The notes: a model not told the origin generated them from the sequence alone. 64,000 nt of DNA from Akkermansia muciniphila (GCA_945900775.1 CAMDJP010000008.1:5296-69295); one strand, 5' to 3'; positions 49,624-59,914 are shown, counted from the first letter of the stretch. Numbers and translations: made by a program.

Positions 49624-52356
49624 CTAGTCGGGCAGAACAACTTGGCTGCCGATACCTTTAACCCTCCAACCCGACTGCGTCAATAAAGTCAGCACAGCTG
49701 GCAGGAAGGTGAGGCCTGCCAGCATGCAGGTCGCCGTGCCCACGGCCATGATGAAGCCGAGGCTGGCGATGCCCTGATGCTGCGCCAGCATCAGGCTGCC
49801 GAAGCCGGTCGCCGTGGTCAGCGCCGAGACGAGCACCGCTTTGCCGGTGCTCTTGGCGAGAATGCCCGGATTCTGCTCCTCCGTGAAACGGTTGAGGATG
49901 TGGATACCGTTCGTCACGCCGACGCCGATCACCAGTGGCAGCGTCATGATGTTCGCCGGGTTGAACATCACTCCGCATGCGCCCATCACACCAATCATCC
50001 ACGCTGTACCGAGTACCACCGGCAGTAGCGATAGGATTACGCACGAGATGTTTCGAAAATGGATGAAGGCGAGCACCGCGATGGCGCCGAGCGCGTACCA
50101 CGCGGCTTTGATGTAACTGGTCTTGAGCAGCTCGGTGTACTCGTAGAGCTGCACCGGCGTACCGGTGGCGTTCGGCGCGACCTTCCGCACCTGCTCCACG
50201 AACTCCTGCTGCGGCCCGCGCTGCCACACGTCGCCTTTCGGATAGACCTGCAGCAGGTGACGGCCCGTGCGGCCGATGAACCGTTCGCGCAGCGCGGCTG
50301 GGAATTCCTCCGGTCGGAGCCCGCCGCGGTCGTGTTGATCACGCAGCGAAGCGAAGGTAGCCTGTATATCTTCCAACAGCGCGCGCTGGAAGTCGGCAAT
50401 CTGCGTCGCGGCCACGCGCCGATTCTCAAGCATCGGGACGCGCAGACGATCGATAGTTCCCGAGAGTGATTCGAGTTCCTTGAGCAGCGCTTTGTCGCCC
50501 GCCTTTTTCACCTCGGAAATCGCCGCGCCCAAGTAGCCCTGAAAGGCGTAGAGCGTCCGGCTCAACTCCTCCACGTCCACAGGCGCGCGGTCCACCGGCG
50601 CGAAGCGGATCGCCCCCGCGGCGGCTTTGATTTCGTGAATCACGCCGAGCTTGCGGCCGGGATTCTCGGCGAGGAATTCCGTGAGCGACTTCACATCCGC
50701 CACCGCTGGTAGCTTATTAAGCTTCTCTTCCAGTAGGAAAGCTTGCTGCGGCGTGTCCGCGACCACGGCGGCGAAGAGCACCGAGTTTGTGGCGGACTGG
50801 ATTAACTGCCGCTCCGTCTGCACCGCCGGGAGATTGGCCGACTGCATATTGAGTAGGTTGTAATCGAAGTGGACCTTCGAGAATTGCGACGCGGACAGGG
50901 CGCAGAGCGCGACTGTGAGGCCTAGGACCGTCCACGGGCGGTCGAGCCAGTAGCGCTCGAGGCGCGCGCGCCCATTTGTGTCCACCGGGGGATGCGGCAT
51001 GGCGTGGTCCAGCGCGTTCTGTCGGCCACGCAGCAGTAGCGCCGGCAACGCGGTCATCATCGGGACGAGACAGATGAGCAGGCCGCCGCCGGTAATGATA
51101 CCCATCTCTTGGATGCCCCGGAAATCGGTCAGCGTCATCGCGAGGAAGGCGCCGGCGGTGGTGAAGCAGCCGGTGAAGATACCCAGCCCTGTATTCGCCA
51201 TCGCCAGTTCCAAGGACTCGCGCTCGCTTTTGCCGTTGCGCAACTCCTCTTCATAGCGCGTTACGAGGTGGACACCGAAATCAATCGCTAGCCCGATGAG
51301 GATCGGCGCGAAGGTGATGGTGAGTAGATTCAAATGGCCAACGACCAGTGTCGTGAAGCCCATCGTGTAGGCGAGACCGAGGATGAGGCTGAACACAGCC
51401 TTCAACGGGCGGCCGGTCTCGTGATAGCCATAGATAAAAATGAGCGCGGTGAGCAGGAGCGAGACGACGGTGGCAAGGGCGGTGTCCACCTGCACCTGCG
51501 CCATCTCGTCCATCTCCAGCACGGGCTCGCCCGTCACGCCCACGCTCACGCCCGGCACCTCGTGCTTCGTGATCGCGACGAGTTCGCGCAGTCGTCGGAC
51601 AGCCGCTTCGTTGAGCTCCGGTTTCGTTGCCAACGCGGCTACCAGATAGATTCGTCCGCTCGCGAAGGTTATGTGCAGCTCCTGTTCCGCTTCGGGATTG
51701 CCAATCAGCGCGGCGAAGCCCGGCGGCGGCGGTGGTCCGGTCCGTTCGATGGCGTCCGCTGCTTGGCCGATGATTTTCTGCAGCGCAGGCAGGGCTTTGA
51801 CAAGCTGGTGGTTTTGCTCATCGGTGTTCTTTCCGGCGGTGCGAAACTGCGAGTTCACCTGCTGCAGCAGCGAGTTCAGGTTCGTGACCGAGGCGAAAGT
51901 CTCGATGAACGGTGCGTAGTCGCGCAACGCCGCGCGCAACTCGCGAAGCTCCTCGAGCGGCGCGAAGAGTAGCGTCTTGTTTCCCAGCACGCGCAGGTCG
52001 CGCTTGTAGAAGATGCCGGTGAAGAGGTTCGTTTCCGCCTCCAGCCGCACGCCGAGCCGTTCCACGAACTGGCGGTTTTTCTCGGGCGTTTCGCTCTCGA
52101 CCACCACCACGAGATTGTCCTGCTGCGGGAATTCCTCGCGGAACTCGAGGAAGATTTTGTGGTACCGCTTCTCTGCGCCGACGAGGTCGTTGCGATCGGT
52201 ATGAAACTCTAGCTTCTGGACGGTGTAAACGACACAGACCGCCGCCAGCACCACCTGCGGCCAGAGGAACCAGCCGGGCCGGCGGAAAACCGCACCGGTG
52301 AGCGACGTCAACAGTCGTTCGGCCCAAGAAAGTTTGCGTGTCGAATGGTCGCTCAC
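49624..52356 (-). CDS. MMPL/RND-superfamily transporter, HpnN-like
   Basis: 910 aa with two 6-TM bundles, each followed or preceded by large periplasmic loops. The N-terminal pattern FRRPGWFLWPQVVLAAVCVVYTV...FPQQDNLVVVVESETPEKNRQFVERL...LLFAPLEELRELRAAL resembles hopanoid-transporter-like (HpnN) RND proteins (from memory). Confidence 0.8.
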   Translation of the reverse strand: MSDHSTRKLSWAERLLTSLTGAVFRRPGWFLWPQVVLAAVCVVYTVQKLEFHTDRNDLVGAEKRYHKIFLEFREEFPQQDNLVVVVESETPEKNRQFVERLGVRLEAETNLFTGIFYKRDLRVLGNKTLLFAPLEELRELRAALRDYAPFIETFASVTNLNSLLQQVNSQFRTAGKNTDEQNHQLVKALPALQKIIGQAADAIERTGPPPPPGFAALIGNPEAEQELHITFASGRIYLVAALATKPELNEAAVRRLRELVAITKHEVPGVSVGVTGEPVLEMDEMAQVQVDTALATVVSLLLTALIFIYGYHETGRPLKAVFSLILGLAYTMGFTTLVVGHLNLLTITFAPILIGLAIDFGVHLVTRYEEELRNGKSERESLELAMANTGLGIFTGCFTTAGAFLAMTLTDFRGIQEMGIITGGGLLICLVPMMTALPALLLRGRQNALDHAMPHPPVDTNGRARLERYWLDRPWTVLGLTVALCALSASQFSKVHFDYNLLNMQSANLPAVQTERQLIQSATNSVLFAAVVADTPQQAFLLEEKLNKLPAVADVKSLTEFLAENPGRKLGVIHEIKAAAGAIRFAPVDRAPVDVEELSRTLYAFQGYLGAAISEVKKAGDKALLKELESLSGTIDRLRVPMLENRRVAATQIADFQRALLEDIQATFASLRDQHDRGGLRPEEFPAALRERFIGRTGRHLLQVYPKGDVWQRGPQQEFVEQVRKVAPNATGTPVQLYEYTELLKTSYIKAAWYALGAIAVLAFIHFRNISCVILSLLPVVLGTAWMIGVMGACGVMFNPANIMTLPLVIGVGVTNGIHILNRFTEEQNPGILAKSTGKAVLVSALTTATGFGSLMLAQHQGIASLGFIMAVGTATCMLAGLTFLPAVLTLLTQSGWRVKGIGSQVVLPD

Positions 52357-52451
52357 CCTTGATTACTCACCGGAACTCCTTCGCGGTCAGCGGATGCAGT
52401 GAAGCACGAACCCGCGCGTCCGCCAACGAACTTTTCACCGCAGTCGAGCCG

Positions 52452-53723
52452 TCAGAGCGTCTTTGCCATCGCTTGACCAAGCCGTGCAATGCCCGAGCGC
52501 AGGTTCGCTTCGCTTGCTGCACCAAAGGAGAGGCGCAGTTCGGAATCGGGCTTGCGCCGAGTCGCATCATCGCAGTAGCAGAGCGCGCCGGGTACGTAGA
52601 CCACGTCGTTCGCCAGCGCTGACTGAAAGAGCTTTGATTTCAGACCGCTTCGCCTGCCGCGTGGCAGCCGCGCCCAGAAATAAAGCCCGCCATCGGGCAT
52701 CTCCCACTCGGCGTGCTTGAAAAGATGTTCCTGCATCGCCTCGGCCATCACCTTCGTCTTCGCGACGTAACGCCGGTGCAACGTGATGAGGTGGCGATCG
52801 TATTCGCCGGTGGCTAGCGCTCGCGCAAGCAACCGCTGCAGCAGGTGAGCCGTGCCGAAGTCGTGGTTGCCCTTGATGCGCGTCACAGCCATCAGCAACG
52901 GCTCTGGCAATACGCCGTAGCCAACGCGTACCCCGGTGGCGAATGGCTTGCTGAACGTGCTCGTGTAGATTACGCGATCCACCGCGCCGCGCACGGTGAG
53001 TGCGGAAGGAATATCCTCGCCTCTGAAGCGCAACTCGCGGTACGCGGCATCCTCGAGCAGATAGATTGGATGTCCCGCTGCGCGCTCGTACTTCCGCAAA
53101 AGCGCGAGCGCGGCCTTCTTCTTCGCGAAACTTGTCGTCACGCCGGTCGGGTTCTGGAAATAGCTCACCAGATAGAGCATCTTCACGCGGCGCAGTTCGC
53201 CACGCTTTTTCAGCGATTCCAGCACTTGCTCCAGATGTGCCAAGTCCACGCCATCCGGCTCAATTCGCACACTACGGCAACGCAATCCGCGGCTCTGGGT
53301 GATGCCGAGATAGACGAAGTAGGTCGGGTCCTCGACCAGCACGATGTCCCCCTCATCGCACAAAGCCTCGGTGACCATGTAGAGCAGTTGCTGCGAGCCG
53401 TGCGTGAGGATGAGGCGGTCGGGAGAGTAGGTTGCCACCCCAGTTTGCGCCCCATCCTGCCGTGCCAGATGCGCTGCCGTGAGTTGGCGCAACTCGGGGT
53501 CGCCGGCAGTCGCGCCGTACTGGAGCGCGGGTTGGCCGGTCTCCGCTGAGGCGAGTAGATTATTCAAAAGTCGCCGAGTCGCACGCAACGGCAGCGACGG
53601 ATTGTCGGTGAAGCCGGCCGCGAGTGAGATGAGCTTTGGCCGGGCCAGTGCCATCTGCATCAGCCACGAGATTGGTGGCTGCGCAGTGCGGCGAGCGAGG
53701 ACCGAGAGAGCGGTGCGTTTCAT
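52452..53723 (-). CDS. PLP-dependent aminotransferase, class I/II (2-aminoadipate/MocR-type catalytic domain, no HTH)
   Basis: The ATG at 53723 gives MKRTALSVLARRTAQPPISWLMQMA...LISLAAGFTD. The PLP-lysine motif is YTSTFSKPFATGVRVGY. The track's upstream start at 53786 is less likely. Confidence 0.85.
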   Translation of the reverse strand: MKRTALSVLARRTAQPPISWLMQMALARPKLISLAAGFTDNPSLPLRATRRLLNNLLASAETGQPALQYGATAGDPELRQLTAAHLARQDGAQTGVATYSPDRLILTHGSQQLLYMVTEALCDEGDIVLVEDPTYFVYLGITQSRGLRCRSVRIEPDGVDLAHLEQVLESLKKRGELRRVKMLYLVSYFQNPTGVTTSFAKKKAALALLRKYERAAGHPIYLLEDAAYRELRFRGEDIPSALTVRGAVDRVIYTSTFSKPFATGVRVGYGVLPEPLLMAVTRIKGNHDFGTAHLLQRLLARALATGEYDRHLITLHRRYVAKTKVMAEAMQEHLFKHAEWEMPDGGLYFWARLPRGRRSGLKSKLFQSALANDVVYVPGALCYCDDATRRKPDSELRLSFGAASEANLRSGIARLGQAMAKTL

Positions 53724-53757
53724 TTTTGGGATGATGGTTGTGGAATATGACGAGTCG

Positions 53758-55029
53758 TCAGCGGAACGATGGCAAATTGCCCGCACTGTCGAAGGTCATC
53801 TCTGTTGGCGTGCTCATCACACTGAGTTCAGAGCGGCCAGTCAGTTCAGGCAGATACGCCTCTGAAACCTCGACGTGCGAGAGCGAGAGAGTGTCGGTGA
53901 TGCGGATGACTTTCGCGCGGGCGGGTTCGCCAGTCGCGAGCGTTTCGAGGAGGCGCACGATGGCCTCTCGATCAGTCTCGAAGCAGGGGGGGATTTTAGC
54001 GCATTGCGGCGTGAGAGAGGTGAGCGCGTTGATGTAGGTGACATTCTTATCCATCTCGGCGACAAGCCTTGTGGTCGTCGCGTCTGCTATCCCAACACCG
54101 ATGGCGTTGCCGTGCGTCTCGGGTGTGAGATCGCGTACGAAGATGCGCCGCACGACGGGCGCCTGTTGCAGCAGGGCGAGGTCGGACGTGTAGCCCTGCA
54201 CGCCGCGGAGGATGACGTTTGGGTCCATGCCCGCGCCGCTGATGTTCTTGCCGATGCGGTCCACGATGAGCAGGTCCACCGCGTCGAAGGGCAGTCGCGG
54301 CATCAGCCGTTTCGCCTCCTGGAACAACCCCGCCTCTTGCGTCTCCATTTTATTCGTGGGCAGGAAAGCGATGCGAGCGGTTTGGTGATGCGGGTCCTCG
54401 ACGATGCCAAGCCCACCGAGTACCGGCGCGGTCTTCACGATGACGCGTGCGATGGAACGGAGCATCCGCTCGTGACCGAGTCGGCTCGCAGCAATATGAA
54501 ATGCAGCGGCACCGGCGCGTTTACCGAGGCCGATCACGAGCATCTTTAATGGCCCGCTGCCGAGCGTGTCGCTGCTGAAATCGGTGTGCGGCTTGACGCG
54601 GTTGATCAAGAGGATGCCATCCGAGCGCCGCGCTTCGACACTGACGAACACCGGCGCGCCTTCCTCCGTCACACCGACCTGTTCCACCTCCATGGTTGCG
54701 TGGATTGGCGAGCCCATTGCCGTCTCGGTGATGCCATACTCGGCAAGTAGCTCGCGCTGGCCATCGGGCGTGGCGCCGCCGTGGCTGCCCATCGCGGGGA
54801 GGATGAACGGTTCAGCACCCGCGCTGCGGAGGGTTTCGAGTGCAACGCGGACGATGGCGGCAAGGTTCGTGATTCCGCGGCTCCCAACGCCCACGGCGAT
54901 TTTTGCTCCGGGCCGGAGTTGTGCGATCAACGGAGCCAATTCGCACTGTACGGTTGCGGCAACATCGATCGGAGGCGTGGGCGGAAAGTCCTGTCGCAGC
55001 GCGAACATTTTTGGGAACGGCTGACTCAT
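53758..55029 (-). CDS. LarA-N/DUF2088-like (lactate-racemase-domain) protein
   Basis: The ATG at 55029 gives MSQPFPKMFALRQDFP.... The segment KIAVGVGSRGITNLAAIVRVALETLRSAGAEPFILPAMGSHGGATPDGQRELLAEYGIT resembles the LarA N-terminal/DUF2088 family (from memory). The longer track start at 55143 would overlap the thiG start region. Confidence 0.45.
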   Translation of the reverse strand: MSQPFPKMFALRQDFPPTPPIDVAATVQCELAPLIAQLRPGAKIAVGVGSRGITNLAAIVRVALETLRSAGAEPFILPAMGSHGGATPDGQRELLAEYGITETAMGSPIHATMEVEQVGVTEEGAPVFVSVEARRSDGILLINRVKPHTDFSSDTLGSGPLKMLVIGLGKRAGAAAFHIAASRLGHERMLRSIARVIVKTAPVLGGLGIVEDPHHQTARIAFLPTNKMETQEAGLFQEAKRLMPRLPFDAVDLLIVDRIGKNISGAGMDPNVILRGVQGYTSDLALLQQAPVVRRIFVRDLTPETHGNAIGVGIADATTTRLVAEMDKNVTYINALTSLTPQCAKIPPCFETDREAIVRLLETLATGEPARAKVIRITDTLSLSHVEVSEAYLPELTGRSELSVMSTPTEMTFDSAGNLPSFR

Positions 55030-55128
55030 CGCCCCGAGCCTAAACCGTTTCGAGAGCGGTTGCGATCTTGAACCAAGCCCGTCACTCGCCTCTCGACTCG
55101 CGCAGCGGCTCATCGTAGGCTCCGCACG

Positions 55129-55917
55129 ATGTCGCTCGACCATCGTCCGCTGACCATCGCCGGCCGCACGTTCCGTTCCCGTCTCTTCCTCGGGACCGGC
55201 AAGTTTTCGGCGCCGGAGGCGATGCGTGATGCGCTTGCGGCCAGCGGAACTGAGGTCGTCACCGTCGCGTTACGCCGGGCCGATTTGAGTGGGAAGAAAG
55301 ATCCGTTCGCGAACATCCTCGAGTTCATCGATCCCCAGAAATACCTCCTCCTGCCGAATACCTCGGGCGCGATGAACGCCGAGGAAGCGGTGCGCCTCGC
55401 GCGCCTCGCCGTCGCCGCTGGCTTGCCCAAGTGGGTGAAGCTCGAGATTCATCCCGACCCGCGTTACCTGCTGCCTGACCCCATCGAGACGCTCAAGGCC
55501 GCCGAAATCTTGGTGAAGGAAGGCTTCACTGTGCTGCCGTACATCAACGCTGACCCGGTGCTCGCAAAGCGACTGCAAGATATCGGCACCGCCACGGTGA
55601 TGCCGCTCGGTTCGCCCATCGGCTCCAACCGCGGCATCCAGACGCGCGACCAGATTCGCATCATCATTGAGCAGGCGACCGTGCCGGTGGTGGTGGATGC
55701 GGGCATCGGCGCGCCGAGTCACGCCGCCGAAGCGATGGAGTTGGGCGCTGACGCTGTGCTGGTGAACACCGCCATCGCCGTCGCCTTCGATCCCTGCCGG
55801 ATGGCTGTGGCGTTCAAGATGGCCGTGGAGGCCGGCCGCGCGGCCTACGAGATTGGCCTCGCGGATCAGCAGATGACCGCCAGCGCAACAAGCCCGTTGA
55901 CGGGATTCTTGAACTGA
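55129..55917 (+). CDS. thiG: Thiazole synthase
   Basis: 262 aa. Motifs [35 protein letters not shown] and [14 protein letters not shown] are classic ThiG. Confidence 0.93.
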   Translation: MSLDHRPLTIAGRTFRSRLFLGTGKFSAPEAMRDALAASGTEVVTVALRRADLSGKKDPFANILEFIDPQKYLLLPNTSGAMNAEEAVRLARLAVAAGLPKWVKLEIHPDPRYLLPDPIETLKAAEILVKEGFTVLPYINADPVLAKRLQDIGTATVMPLGSPIGSNRGIQTRDQIRIIIEQATVPVVVDAGIGAPSHAAEAMELGADAVLVNTAIAVAFDPCRMAVAFKMAVEAGRAAYEIGLADQQMTASATSPLTGFLN

Positions 55918-55918
55918 G

Positions 55919-56929
55919 ATGAAAAACCTATCATCCAAGCGTGTCCGTGAACTTCTCGCCGCAGCCGCGAAGGCGCGCGTGCTTGTCGTCGGCGACGTGA
56001 TGCTCGACCAGTTTATCTGGGGCCGCGTCTCTCGCATCTCGCCCGAGGCACCGGTGCCGGTGGTCGAATTCGAGCGCGAAAGTTTCATGCCCGGCGGCGC
56101 AGCGAATGTCGCCCGCAATCTCAGCGCGTTGGGTGCGCATACGGAATTGTTTGGTGCGGTCGGGCGCGACGGCGCGGCTAGCCAGTTGAAGGCGCTGCTC
56201 GCTGAGGACCGTGTGGACTGCGCCGGTCTTTTGCCGGTGCGCGGCCGGCTAACGACGAAGAAGACGCGGGTCATCGCCCATCGCCAACAGGTCGCGCGCG
56301 TGGACCGCGAGACGCGTGGCGAACTCGACATCAAATCCACGCGTCGGCTGCTCTCGCAGATTCAGCAAGAGTTGGCGCAGGCCGATGCCGTCATCGTCGG
56401 CGACTACGGCAAAGGCACCGTCACCGAGGCGTTGCTGCACGAGATCAAGCATCTCTGCCGGGTCCGCGGGGTCTGGCTCAGCGTGGATCCGAAGCCGGTG
56501 CACCAACTCGATCTCTCGGGACTTTCGCTCATCACGCCGAACCGCAAAGAGGCCTTCGAACTAGCCGGAGTGGCCGACACGATGCGCGTTACCGATCCGC
56601 TGGCGGACATCGGTCTGCAACGCGTTGTAGAGAAACTCCTGCGCGAACTGTCTCCGGCACTCCTGCTCATCACGCTCGGCGAACAGGGAATGCTCCTCTG
56701 CCAGCGCGGCCAGCGGTCCTTCCACATCCCGACCGCCGCGCGCGAAGTGTTCGATGTCTCCGGCGCGGGCGACACGGTGATTGCCAGCTTCACCCTCGCC
56801 ATCGCGGCAGGCGCGTCGCCGGTGGAGGCGGCCATCCTCTCGAATCATGCCGCGGGAACCGTCGTGGGCAAGCTCGGCACCGCCATCGTCACGCCCGCAG
56901 AGCTGCTCGCGAGTTTCGGTGGGAAATGA
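55919..56929 (+). CDS. hldA: D-glycero-beta-D-manno-heptose-7-phosphate kinase (RfaE/HldE domain I only)
   Basis: 336 aa PfkB-type kinase with VLVVGDVMLDQFIWGRVSRISPEAPVPVV and DVSGAGDTVIASFTLAIAAG. No fused adenylyltransferase domain is present. Confidence 0.85.
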   Translation: MKNLSSKRVRELLAAAAKARVLVVGDVMLDQFIWGRVSRISPEAPVPVVEFERESFMPGGAANVARNLSALGAHTELFGAVGRDGAASQLKALLAEDRVDCAGLLPVRGRLTTKKTRVIAHRQQVARVDRETRGELDIKSTRRLLSQIQQELAQADAVIVGDYGKGTVTEALLHEIKHLCRVRGVWLSVDPKPVHQLDLSGLSLITPNRKEAFELAGVADTMRVTDPLADIGLQRVVEKLLRELSPALLLITLGEQGMLLCQRGQRSFHIPTAAREVFDVSGAGDTVIASFTLAIAAGASPVEAAILSNHAAGTVVGKLGTAIVTPAELLASFGGK

Positions 56930-56951
56930 TAGGTGCGATGAGGCGGCAGCC

Positions 56952-57503
56952 ATGAAACGCGCAGTCTTTCTTGATCGCGACGGCACGCTGAACGTCGAAG
57001 CGGTTTACCTAAGCGATCCGGCGAAGCTGGTGCTCTTCCCCGGCGCGGGCGCTGCACTACGGCGACTGATGGACGCGGGGTATTTGCTCATCATCGTCAC
57101 CAACCAATCAGGCATCGGGCGGGGCTATTACACCGAAGCCGACATGCATGCGGTGAATACCCGGCTGGCCGCCGAACTCGCTCCGGCTGGCGTGCGTTTC
57201 GAGGAAATCTATTTCGCGTCCGAGGCACCTGAGAAACCGAGCCGCGGACGCAAGCCGAGTCCGCAGTTCCTCTTCGACGCCCGCGACCGGTTCGGCATCG
57301 ACCTCGCGCAGAGCTTCATGGTCGGCGACAAGCTCCTCGACCTCGAGTGCGGCTGGAACGCGGGCGTGAAGGCGAGCCTTCTCGTTCGCACCGGCTACGG
57401 CTCGGAAGTTGAGAAGAAAGAGGCGACGAAGGTCGCCCGTGCGGTCGTGGCGGATAATCTGACGGCGGCGGCGGAGTGGATTCTGAATTCGGATCGCGGA
57501 TAA
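56952..57503 (+). CDS. gmhB: D,D-heptose 1,7-bisphosphate phosphatase
   Basis: The ATG at 56952 gives MKRAVFLDRDGTLN (HAD motif I), then IVTNQSGIGRGY, KPSPQF and VGDKLLDLECGWNAG. The track's 56781 start would overlap hldA and adds non-homologous sequence. Confidence 0.85.
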   Translation: MKRAVFLDRDGTLNVEAVYLSDPAKLVLFPGAGAALRRLMDAGYLLIIVTNQSGIGRGYYTEADMHAVNTRLAAELAPAGVRFEEIYFASEAPEKPSRGRKPSPQFLFDARDRFGIDLAQSFMVGDKLLDLECGWNAGVKASLLVRTGYGSEVEKKEATKVARAVVADNLTAAAEWILNSDRG

Positions 57504-57566
57504 ACGCGGATTGAATCCGCTCGCGAATCGGTGTTTCATCCGAGTGCATCTGTGGCTGATCAATCC

Positions 57567-58304
57567 ATGAACCTCCTCGGCATTATCCCTGCGCGTTACG
57601 GCTCGACTCGGTTTCCGGGCAAGCCGCTGCATCCCATCGCCGGGCGGCCGCTGATTCAGCACGTCGTCGAGCGTTGCCGGCTGGCGAAGTCGCTGCGCGA
57701 GGTGATTGTGGCCACGGATGACGAGCGAATCGCTTCCGTGGCGCGCGCTTTCTGCCGTGTGGAGATGACGCGGGGTGACCACCCGAGCGGCTCCGACCGC
57801 ATCGCCGAGGTTGTCGCGCGCTCCGCCTGCGACGGCGTGGTCAACATTCAGGGCGACGAACCACTCATGGATCCGGCGGTGATTGACGCCGTCGCCCATG
57901 CGTTGGCGGACGCGGAGATGAGCACCGCTGCCACGCCGATTGTTGAGTTGGCCGAGTACGACAATCCGAATGTCGTGAAAGTCGTTGTCAACGCCGCCGG
58001 TCGAGCCCTATATTTTTCCCGGCGCACAATCCCGTATCTGCGGGAAGCCCCCACCGAACCGGTCACCGGACAGTTGGCGGCGTTTCCGTTTTTGAAGCAC
58101 TTGGGCATCTACGGCTACCGGCGCGAGACGCTGCTGCGGTTGGTGAAGTTCCCGGTATCGCCTCTCGAGGCGGCGGAGAAGCTCGAGCAACTGCGCGCGC
58201 TGGAGAATGGAATCGGCATCGCCGTCGTGCGGGTGCGGCACGACAGCGTGGGCGTGGATACGCCCGAGGATGTGGTGCGGGTGGAGAAATTGTTGAAGCG
58301 ATGA
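57567..58304 (+). CDS. kdsB: 3-deoxy-manno-octulosonate cytidylyltransferase (CMP-KDO synthetase)
   Basis: The ATG at 57567 gives [21 protein letters not shown], then VATDDERI and VNIQGDEPL. The stop overlaps the pyrG start (ATGA). Confidence 0.9.
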   Translation: MNLLGIIPARYGSTRFPGKPLHPIAGRPLIQHVVERCRLAKSLREVIVATDDERIASVARAFCRVEMTRGDHPSGSDRIAEVVARSACDGVVNIQGDEPLMDPAVIDAVAHALADAEMSTAATPIVELAEYDNPNVVKVVVNAAGRALYFSRRTIPYLREAPTEPVTGQLAAFPFLKHLGIYGYRRETLLRLVKFPVSPLEAAEKLEQLRALENGIGIAVVRVRHDSVGVDTPEDVVRVEKLLKR

Positions 58305-59914
58305 AATACATTTTTGTCACTGGCGGCGTGGTCAGTTCACTGGGCAAGGGCCTCACAGCCGCGTCGCTCGGCACGCTGCTGGAGAACCGCGGGCTCAAGG
58401 TCGCGCTGCAGAAGTTCGACCCGTACCTCAACGTGGACCCAGGCACGATGAGCCCCTACCAGCACGGCGAGGTGTACGTGCTGGACGACGGCGCGGAGAC
58501 CGATCTCGACCTCGGCCACTACGAGCGGTTCACCAACACGAAGCTCTCACGACTCAATAACCTTACTAGCGGCCAAGTATACCAGACAGTGCTGAACAAC
58601 GAGCGCGAGGGGAAATATCTCGGCAAGACCGTGCAGGTCATCCCGCACGTGACCGACGAAATCCAGAATCGCATTCGCCGGATTTCCGAGCAGTCGAAGG
58701 CCGACGTGCTCATCACCGAGATCGGCGGTACCACGGGCGACATCGAGGGGCTGCCCTTCCTCGAGGCCATCCGCGAGTTCGCACTCGACGTTGGGCCCGA
58801 GAACGCCCTGTTCATCCACCTCACCTACGTCCCCTTCATTAAGGCCGCCGGCGAGCTGAAGACCAAGCCGACCCAGCAGTCCGTCGCCAAGCTGCGCGAA
58901 ATCGGCATCGCGCCGCAGATCCTCGTCTGTCGCTGCGAGTATCCGCTCGACAAGGAGCTGCGCCAGAAAATCTCCATGTTCTGCAACGTCTCCTACGAGG
59001 CCGTCATTGAGGAGAAGGACGTGGACCATTCCATCTACGAAGTGCCGCTGATGCTCCAACGCGAGCGACTCGACGACCTCGTCTGCCGCCTCCTCCGTCT
59101 CGAGACACCGGCGGCTAACATGTCCCACTGGCAGGAAATCATTCGCAAGCTCATCGCCCCGCGCCACCGTGTCCGCGTCGGCGTCGTCGGCAAGTACATC
59201 GAGCTGCAGGACGCCTACAAAAGCGTGTATGAAGCCATCATCCACGGCGGCGTCGCCAACGACTGCGGCGTGGAGATCGTGAAGATTGACGCCGAGGAGA
59301 TCGAGCAGCAGGGGGCCGAGAAGATTCTGAAGGGCCTCGGCGGCGTACTCGTCCCCGGCGGCTTCGGCGAGCGCGGCATCGAGGGTAAAATCCAGGCTGC
59401 GAAGTACGCCCGCGAGCACAAGCTCCCCTATCTCGGCCTCTGCCTCGGCATGCAAATCGCCACCATCGAGTTCGGCCGCAACGTCCTCAAGCTCGACAAG
59501 GCTCACTCGACTGAATTCGACCCCGCCACCGCCCACCCCGTCATCGCCATGCTCGATGCCCAGCGCAACATCACGCAAAAGGGTGGCACCATGCGGCTCG
59601 GTTCCCAGCCATGCGAACTCAAGCCCGGCAGTCGGGCCGCGCAGACTTACGGTGCCACGAACGTGAGCGAACGCCATCGCCACCGCTACGAGTTCAACAA
59701 CGCCTACCGCGCTCAGTATGAGGCCGCTGGCTTCACCTTCAGCGGCACTTCGGCCGGTGGAAAACTGGTCGAGATGATTGAGGTGGAGAACCACCCCTTC
59801 TTCCTCGCCACGCAGGCTCACCCCGAGTTCCAGAGCAAGCCGCACCAACCCCACCCACTCTTCCGCGGCTTCATCGCCGCCGCCCACGCCCACATTCATA
59901 AGCGGCCTCTGTAG
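58301..59914 (+). CDS. pyrG: CTP synthase
   Basis: 537 aa. N-terminal [17 protein letters not shown] and the GATase domain motif YLGLCLGMQ are present, followed by HRHRYEFN. Confidence 0.97.
   Translation: MKYIFVTGGVVSSLGKGLTAASLGTLLENRGLKVALQKFDPYLNVDPGTMSPYQHGEVYVLDDGAETDLDLGHYERFTNTKLSRLNNLTSGQVYQTVLNNEREGKYLGKTVQVIPHVTDEIQNRIRRISEQSKADVLITEIGGTTGDIEGLPFLEAIREFALDVGPENALFIHLTYVPFIKAAGELKTKPTQQSVAKLREIGIAPQILVCRCEYPLDKELRQKISMFCNVSYEAVIEEKDVDHSIYEVPLMLQRERLDDLVCRLLRLETPAANMSHWQEIIRKLIAPRHRVRVGVVGKYIELQDAYKSVYEAIIHGGVANDCGVEIVKIDAEEIEQQGAEKILKGLGGVLVPGGFGERGIEGKIQAAKYAREHKLPYLGLCLGMQIATIEFGRNVLKLDKAHSTEFDPATAHPVIAMLDAQRNITQKGGTMRLGSQPCELKPGSRAAQTYGATNVSERHRHRYEFNNAYRAQYEAAGFTFSGTSAGGKLVEMIEVENHPFFLATQAHPEFQSKPHQPHPLFRGFIAAAHAHIHKRPL

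Noticed and set aside
55030-55128. A possible TPP riboswitch in the 99-nt leader upstream of thiG.
   Set aside because: I could not find the conserved CUGAGA ... ACCUGAUCUGGAUAAUGCCAGCG-type core by eye. The region is also the divergent promoter space shared with the LarA-like gene. An Infernal scan would be decisive.
56781-56951. The N-terminal extension of the gmhB ORF (240-aa version). The same question arises for the 7321, 30040, 40818, 53786, 55143 and 57531 track starts.
   Set aside because: The extensions overlap upstream genes or add sequence lacking homology. Internal ATGs coincide with the conserved family N-termini (e.g. [24 protein letters not shown]) or with signal peptides.
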